Below, piece by piece: positions 17,986 to 22,279 of a stretch of DNA of 22,279 bases. The DNA comes from Elusimicrobiota bacterium. GTDB taxonomy: Bacteria; Elusimicrobiota; Elusimicrobia; F11. Where the stretch lies: assembly GCA_046153645.1 (NCBI GenBank), contig JBJXGI010000013.1:1-22279 (forward strand). Reading direction: 5' to 3'. Within the stretch, counting starts at the first letter, position 1. Each line of letters starts with the position of its first letter. Under the pieces are notes generated by a model. The model was not told the origin of the DNA. It made no database searches and saw only the letters and a program-made list of their open reading frames with translations. The position numbers were made by a program, and so were the translations under genes.

Positions 17986-18072
17986 CCCTTTTCCTTGCCC
18001 CATCCCCTCCGCTGCATAGGATATACCCTTCACCGAATGTGCAGGTGGGATGAGGAAGAGGGCTTTTTATTT
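17986..18072 (+). other. Long hairpin with U-tract in the leader of the CD-NTase gene (attenuator/terminator or small RNA)
   Basis: Stems 17986-17995/18053-18062, 18001-18006/18047-18052 and 18012-18018/18038-18044, followed by CTTTTTATTT. TACAAT at 17973-17978. Confidence 0.55.
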
Positions 18073-18085
18073 ATAGGCAGGAAGA

Positions 18086-18952
18086 ATGGCGTATACGATA
18101 GCAACCGCATTTGACGAACTTAAATCTAACTTAGAGCCAACCGCTCTTCAAAAAGAAACGCTCTCTACTCGACAGCAAAAGGTTCGGGATTCTGTTGCTG
18201 CTGGCTTGGACGTGCTGGAAGATTTTCTGGTTGGTTCCTATGTGCGAAAAACAATGATTGGGCCAATGAAGGAAGCCGATATTGATATTTTTATTGTCCT
18301 ACACCCGAAATATTTCAAAGCCGACGGCCAATCTGCATTGCTGGAAAGGGTAAAAACCGCTCTTATCAAAACCTACTCGACAAACCCTAAAATCAGAAAG
18401 AACGGCCAAGCCGTCACAATCACCTTTACAGACTTCAAAGTAGACGTGGTACCAGCTTTCAACCGTCAAGGTGGCGGTTACCTCATACCAGACGTGAATA
18501 AGGCCAAGTGGATTGAGACCAACCCAAAGGTTCATCTCGACCTGGTACAAAAAGAAAACACCGCCCAATCAGGTAAATTTATTCCCTTGGTGAAAATGAT
18601 AAAGGGGTGGAACCGGAATATAAATTACGCCTTTATTGGGTTCCGCTTGGAGCTACTTCTTTTGGATAAGTATAAGCCCCTTCTTATTGGCGATTCATAT
18701 GCCAATGCGGTAACATCTGTTTTCAATACTGGCAGGGAAGCAATCAAGAATATGGCGAATGACCCAGCGGGATATAGTGGGGTCATCTCTGGATTGGACA
18801 ATGCCACTGATGTTAATGATGCTGTTAGTAGATTTCAGACGGCGTATAGCTTGGCGTTAAAGGCCAACGAGTACGAAGCTCAAGACCAATTGGTTTACGC
18901 CTTCTCTTGCTGGAAGAAAATTTTTGGAGATAATTTCCCAACTTATGGTTGA
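18086..18952 (+). CDS. cGAS/DncV-like nucleotidyltransferase (CD-NTase, SMODS), CBASS cyclase
   Basis: FLVGSY.RKT.I.P...ADIDIF, GQAV.I.F.DFKVDVVPAF, Y.IPD.....W..TNPK.H, LVKMIK.W, C-terminal W..IFG..FP. The three catalytic Asp residues are intact. Confidence 0.9.
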   Translation: MAYTIATAFDELKSNLEPTALQKETLSTRQQKVRDSVAAGLDVLEDFLVGSYVRKTMIGPMKEADIDIFIVLHPKYFKADGQSALLERVKTALIKTYSTNPKIRKNGQAVTITFTDFKVDVVPAFNRQGGGYLIPDVNKAKWIETNPKVHLDLVQKENTAQSGKFIPLVKMIKGWNRNINYAFIGFRLELLLLDKYKPLLIGDSYANAVTSVFNTGREAIKNMANDPAGYSGVISGLDNATDVNDAVSRFQTAYSLALKANEYEAQDQLVYAFSCWKKIFGDNFPTYG

Positions 18953-19445
18953 TAACTTAAAAAAGAACATCATGGAGGAAGCAAAGCGAATTGGTGAAGA
19001 CGCTATATTTTCGAGTAAGGGGCATTTTAATGATGCTGCTTACTGGGAAGCATTGCACCTGTGGTTAGGTATTCCGTCAGCAATTGCAGCAGCAGTAGCC
19101 GGTGCGTTCGCTTTCTCTAATGATTGTGTATTGCTAGTTGGCTTCCTGTCAGTTTTCGCTGCCGTCTGTACCTCTGTTTTAACGTTTGTAAATCCCGACT
19201 CACGGGCTTCCAAGCACCACAACGCAGGTACGGCTTACAATGCCCTTAAGAATGATGCTAGGGTATTTTCTGAAATCACTGTTGAAGCAGCCGATGATAT
19301 CCAGAAGATGGTAAAAGAACTTAAATCCCTGAATGACCGGCGGACAACGTTAAATACGGATTCACCTAAGATTTCAAGATGTGGTTTTGAGAAAGCACGG
19401 AAGGGCATAGAACAAGGTGAATCCACATACGAAGTAGATAAATAG
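18945..19445 (+). CDS. SLATT-domain 2TM effector
   Basis: E..RI.ED...SSKGHF..A..W...HLWLG.P (TM1)...(TM2)...TF.NP...A..H..AG..Y..L, ending F.KARKGIE.GE..Y. Start taken at the ATG at 18945, overlapping the cyclase stop; 18972 is also possible. Confidence 0.85.
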   Translation: MVDNLKKNIMEEAKRIGEDAIFSSKGHFNDAAYWEALHLWLGIPSAIAAAVAGAFAFSNDCVLLVGFLSVFAAVCTSVLTFVNPDSRASKHHNAGTAYNALKNDARVFSEITVEAADDIQKMVKELKSLNDRRTTLNTDSPKISRCGFEKARKGIEQGESTYEVDK

Positions 19446-19456
19446 GAGACGATCAA

Positions 19457-19705
19457 ATGAGCATTGAACGAGCAAAATCAGATTTACGGAAAAGGTTAAG
19501 CGAAGTAAAAGACGAGGCGTTACGCTTGGAGAACGCACTACTTGCCCTTGGCGAGGATGCCGTTTCTTTATTGGAAAAATCTGCTGAGAAAGCGTTGAAG
19601 AAAGGTTTTCAACGATCTGCTGCCTGGAGGGCTAAGATAGCTGCCAGCCAAAGAAAACGATGGGCGGATTTCAGAGCAAAGAAAGCAAAAGCCAAGAAGG
19701 TCTGA
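19457..19705 (+). CDS. Small basic protein with N-terminal coiled coil and K/R-rich C-terminal helix
   Basis: SD AGGAG at 19445. Motif S...RAKIAASQRKRWA...K. Co-oriented, 11 nt after the SLATT gene. Confidence 0.7.
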   Translation: MSIERAKSDLRKRLSEVKDEALRLENALLALGEDAVSLLEKSAEKALKKGFQRSAAWRAKIAASQRKRWADFRAKKAKAKKV

Positions 19706-19720
19706 TATCTTTATAAGCAC

Positions 19721-20653
19721 TCAGTTGGAATTTTTCGCAATTAAATCCAAAAGATAATAAAACAAAACTCTCTCCTTGTAGTATCCCCGATTGTTCCATT
19801 TGAATGCAAACTCAGACAAATATTCATCAATATATTTTGTTTCAACGGCTCTGAGATGCGAAATATTCCACCAACGGTCGAGAGGATTCATAGCACGTGA
19901 TGCCTTAGATGAGATGAATTGGTTCTCAGTTATCTTCTCTAGAAGGTATCCAGCGTTTATTAGTTCTTTATATTTATCAACAAGCGGTGTTAATATAGTG
20001 CTCCCAGGCTCAACGATGTCTCTTACGATGGCGATTTTTTCTAAAGAGGAATATCTGTAGATATATTTTAACGATACCGACGTTGGCTTCCCTCCCAGAA
20101 TTACAAGAATCTCTTTCCCACCAAAAGACACTTCACCCATTACAACTAAGCCATTAAATTTCCTGATCTCAATTTTCGTTTTCAGAAATTGGCGTAGCTT
20201 GTGCATTATTGCCCAAATAGTTTTATATCCCCTTATGCCCAGTAGTTGTTGTACTTCATTTCCAGAGAATCCATGCTCATAGGTATATATACGACCATTC
20301 TTAGTTAAATCTTTGAATTTATCTTTTAATCGGATATTGGCTTTTGGTGAATTATTCAGGATTGAAAATTTTGTGAGTAACCAAATGGCTATAAACCACT
20401 TCCTGAGTGGTAGATGACTTCTTTCAAATATGCTGCCTGAAATCACTGATTTCTGGTGCCGACATTTTGAGCACTGAATTACTTTTCTAATGGAACCTGC
20501 CACTTTCTTGTTCTTGCAACGTACACAAAAGTACCCATCCCGCCACCTTCTGGAATAAAACTCGCCAATACAGCACTTTTCATCGGGAAATCTCGCATTG
20601 AAGAGATTTGTGCTGCCAAGACGCAGTTCTTTGAAGTAGGAATCAGCCCTCAT
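19721..20653 (-). CDS. IS1595-family transposase homologue, catalytically degenerate
   Basis: FPDE..C......RW.DG..C..C...QC..CR.Q.SV..GSIFE.S.LPL.KWF.AI.L Zn ribbon, HTH (YKT.W...HKLR), C-terminal KY...YL.EF.F..N.R. The catalytic Asp positions read G and P. Confidence 0.8.
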   Translation of the reverse strand: MRADSYFKELRLGSTNLFNARFPDEKCCIGEFYSRRWRDGYFCVRCKNKKVAGSIRKVIQCSKCRHQKSVISGSIFERSHLPLRKWFIAIWLLTKFSILNNSPKANIRLKDKFKDLTKNGRIYTYEHGFSGNEVQQLLGIRGYKTIWAIMHKLRQFLKTKIEIRKFNGLVVMGEVSFGGKEILVILGGKPTSVSLKYIYRYSSLEKIAIVRDIVEPGSTILTPLVDKYKELINAGYLLEKITENQFISSKASRAMNPLDRWWNISHLRAVETKYIDEYLSEFAFKWNNRGYYKERVLFYYLLDLIAKNSN

Positions 20654-20670
20654 TATGCCCTAAAGGGATA

Positions 20671-20689
20671 TTAATGAAATTTTCATTAA
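20671..20689. promoter_or_regulatory. Perfect palindrome, operator-like
   Basis: TTAATGAAA-T-TTTCATTAA, 17 nt upstream of the IS1595-like start codon. Confidence 0.55.
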
Positions 20690-20813
20690 GTACATATTGT
20701 CGATTTGGTCTGAAAATTCAAGCTAATTATTTTACTTGTCAATGAGAGAAAAAGATGGATAGGAATTAGGTGGCAACGAAATGAAAGTTTAATAATCAAG
20801 GAGAAAAAGTGTC

Positions 20814-21128
20814 ATGCGTAAGCTCAACAATGGTGTCATCAAGGCAAATGGAAATATCGTGGGGAGGGTCGTTGATAAGTTTAGGGATGAAGGATATCTT
20901 GCGTATATCGTTAGTCGTCCGAAAGGCAAAATTATTGTTATTAAGCCAAGTCTAACAAAGTGCTTATCACTAAGGTACAAAATGATGCAGGACATCAAAT
21001 TTCAACGTGTGTTGGAAGGTATCTTAAGTAGCCATGGTTTAGATAACCGTGTAGATCAAAGAAGGTTGGACTATGGTGTTATGCTGCTGTCGATTCGGGT
21101 CTACCAGTTTATCCCGCAACTGACATGA
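20814..21128 (+). CDS. Hypothetical basic protein
   Basis: SD AAGGAG (20798-20803) 10 nt before the ATG. No recognisable family. Confidence 0.5.
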   Translation: MRKLNNGVIKANGNIVGRVVDKFRDEGYLAYIVSRPKGKIIVIKPSLTKCLSLRYKMMQDIKFQRVLEGILSSHGLDNRVDQRRLDYGVMLLSIRVYQFIPQLT

Positions 21129-21524
21129 AATAGTTGTATAATCATATGAGGTGGTAGTAGTTTCCAACCTCAACCAACGTTCTGTTGGTAGTCACACGAT
21201 CCTATTAGTCAACATACAGGTAGTTCACAAAGGAATTGTCCCAAGCTTGGTACGGCTAAAGCGTGATCCCATCAATTATATTGCCTGGGTTAGCTACGCC
21301 GGTGTCCCAAGGGGCAGATTCAGTATCTCAATTGATACAAATACGCACATCAGGGAAATATTTGGGTATTCCCGACGGAAACTTCCGGTGACCGACGTTT
21401 TTCGTTGTACGTTTATTTAGGTGCTCTGTGGCTCGAATACGCCATTAGGATCATATAAATAGGGTGTCAACAGCGAATAGGTTCGACACTATCCTTAAAG
21501 CATGGTGCGTGAGGCATAAACTCT

Positions 21525-21743
21525 ATGGATCAAAAAGATTACAAAAGAAAAATTGGTGAAGTGATCACTACGTGTGTTTGTGGTCACGGAGTACCTGATC
21601 ATGTTACCCACCCGTTCTTTGACAGATGTAACGGAACCGTCAAGTGGGGCTGGCCTTGTGTTTGTGTTAGGTACGCCAGAATGCACATCCTGGACGTAAT
21701 AGAAATGATTCATGCGTCTGATACAGGCGACACGATTTCGTAG
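21525..21743 (+). CDS. Small Cys/His-rich putative zinc-binding protein
   Basis: CxCGHxxxxH-x7-C-x9-CxC pattern. GAGG 10 nt upstream of the ATG. Confidence 0.55.
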   Translation: MDQKDYKRKIGEVITTCVCGHGVPDHVTHPFFDRCNGTVKWGWPCVCVRYARMHILDVIEMIHASDTGDTIS

Positions 21744-21759
21744 CAAGTGCGTTGATTAA

Positions 21760-22239
21760 GGTCTCTTTAAGGGTAAGTGGGTATCTTTGGGCGGAGGTGA
21801 TGAGGTCAAATGTCAACCCATCAAAGAAACTGGCACCTTAGCTGAGTACATCTCCAAAGAGTTTGCAAAGCCGGATGTACCAGCAGGATTACGTCGGTTC
21901 TCAAAGTCCAACAGCATCAAGATCGACCTCTCCATGAAGAAGAACGGTAAGCAAGATAAACCCGCTGGCAAATGGACAATGTGGGGTATCCCAAACGTCC
22001 CAGAACTCGATTCTAGCCACTTGGATCGTCCGACGGGGAAAGACACGAAAGAGGATAATGTGGCGCAAAATAGACCCAATTCCGCTCGAAATATACGGCA
22101 AGTATTAGCAGATGCCAGTGTAACGGCCATCAGTAAAGCATTGCAAATAGAGGTTGATATGGGTTTTCTGGGGAATGTGCAAATCGGCATAGAAGGGATG
22201 GATGGTTATTACAACAATGTTCGTGCGCCAGTATTGTAG
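21760..22239 (+). pseudogene. Probable C-terminal remnant of an HUH rolling-circle replication initiator
   Basis: Open frame after the TAA at 21757 reads KWVSLGGGDEV...LAEYISKEFAK...RRFSKS, resembling W..GG..V / YxxK / RR..S of rolling-circle Reps. No HUH motif in frame. Confidence 0.4.
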
Positions 22240-22279
22240 GTAGCTCTGGGGTTGCTGTACCTACCTGTTGTGTTGAATT

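Larger units (their letters stand above)
17862..22279. mobile_element. Left part of an integrative element/genomic island inserted in comM; continues beyond the window
   Basis: Abrupt loss of comM homology, att-like inverted repeat at the junction, and defence and mobile-element cargo. No integrase or comM 3' half inside the window. Confidence 0.8.

Noticed and set aside
18003..18011. TCCCCTCCG shared between the CBASS leader and the loop of the 143-bp repeat
   Set aside because: A 9-nt match with no flanking similarity is compatible with chance.
17914..18114. 66-aa ORF upstream of the cyclase
   Set aside because: No recognisable features. It overlaps the leader hairpin and the cyclase start in another frame.
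19705..20672. Terminal inverted repeats for the IS1595-like gene (ATATCTTTA vs TAAAGGGATAT)
   Set aside because: Short, gapped and AT-rich, with no target duplication seen.
692..22190. Short antisense or overlapping ORFs in the track (e.g. 692..940, 2616..2855, 12162..12566, 15404..15742, 18299..18568, 19791..20060, 21495..21746, 21813..22190)
   Set aside because: They are shadows of better-supported genes and have no motifs of their own.

Overview
Bacterial chromosomal window. The lineage may be Elusimicrobiota-like, but that is only a weak inference from the pilin-like gene and the PRC-only RimM. It has three parts. (1) 1-5.3 kb is a toxin-antitoxin-rich patch around rimO. It holds an ORF6N fragment, a higBA module bracketed by two 143-bp near-identical structured direct repeats, a lipoprotein gene, a fused toxin-stub/HTH-antitoxin ORF, an Mth938-like gene and a RES-Xre/MbcA pair. 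(2) 5.4-17.1 kb is housekeeping: GDP-mannose pyrophosphorylase/PMM-like fusion, parAB, mutY, rpsP-rimM(short)-trmD-rplS-rnhB-yraN-queD, stomatin/nfeD and a pilin-like gene. (3) At about 17.86 kb comM/yifB breaks just before its Walker A motif, at an att-like inverted repeat, and the rest of the window is cargo of an integrated element. The cargo is a long structured leader, then a CD-NTase (SMODS)-SLATT 2TM (CBASS-type) operon with a third small basic gene. It continues with an intact but catalytically degenerate IS1595-like transposase carrying a perfect operator-like palindrome, a hairpin-dense candidate ncRNA, a small Cys/His protein and a probable rolling-circle Rep remnant. All calls come from motif recognition by eye; no searches were run.
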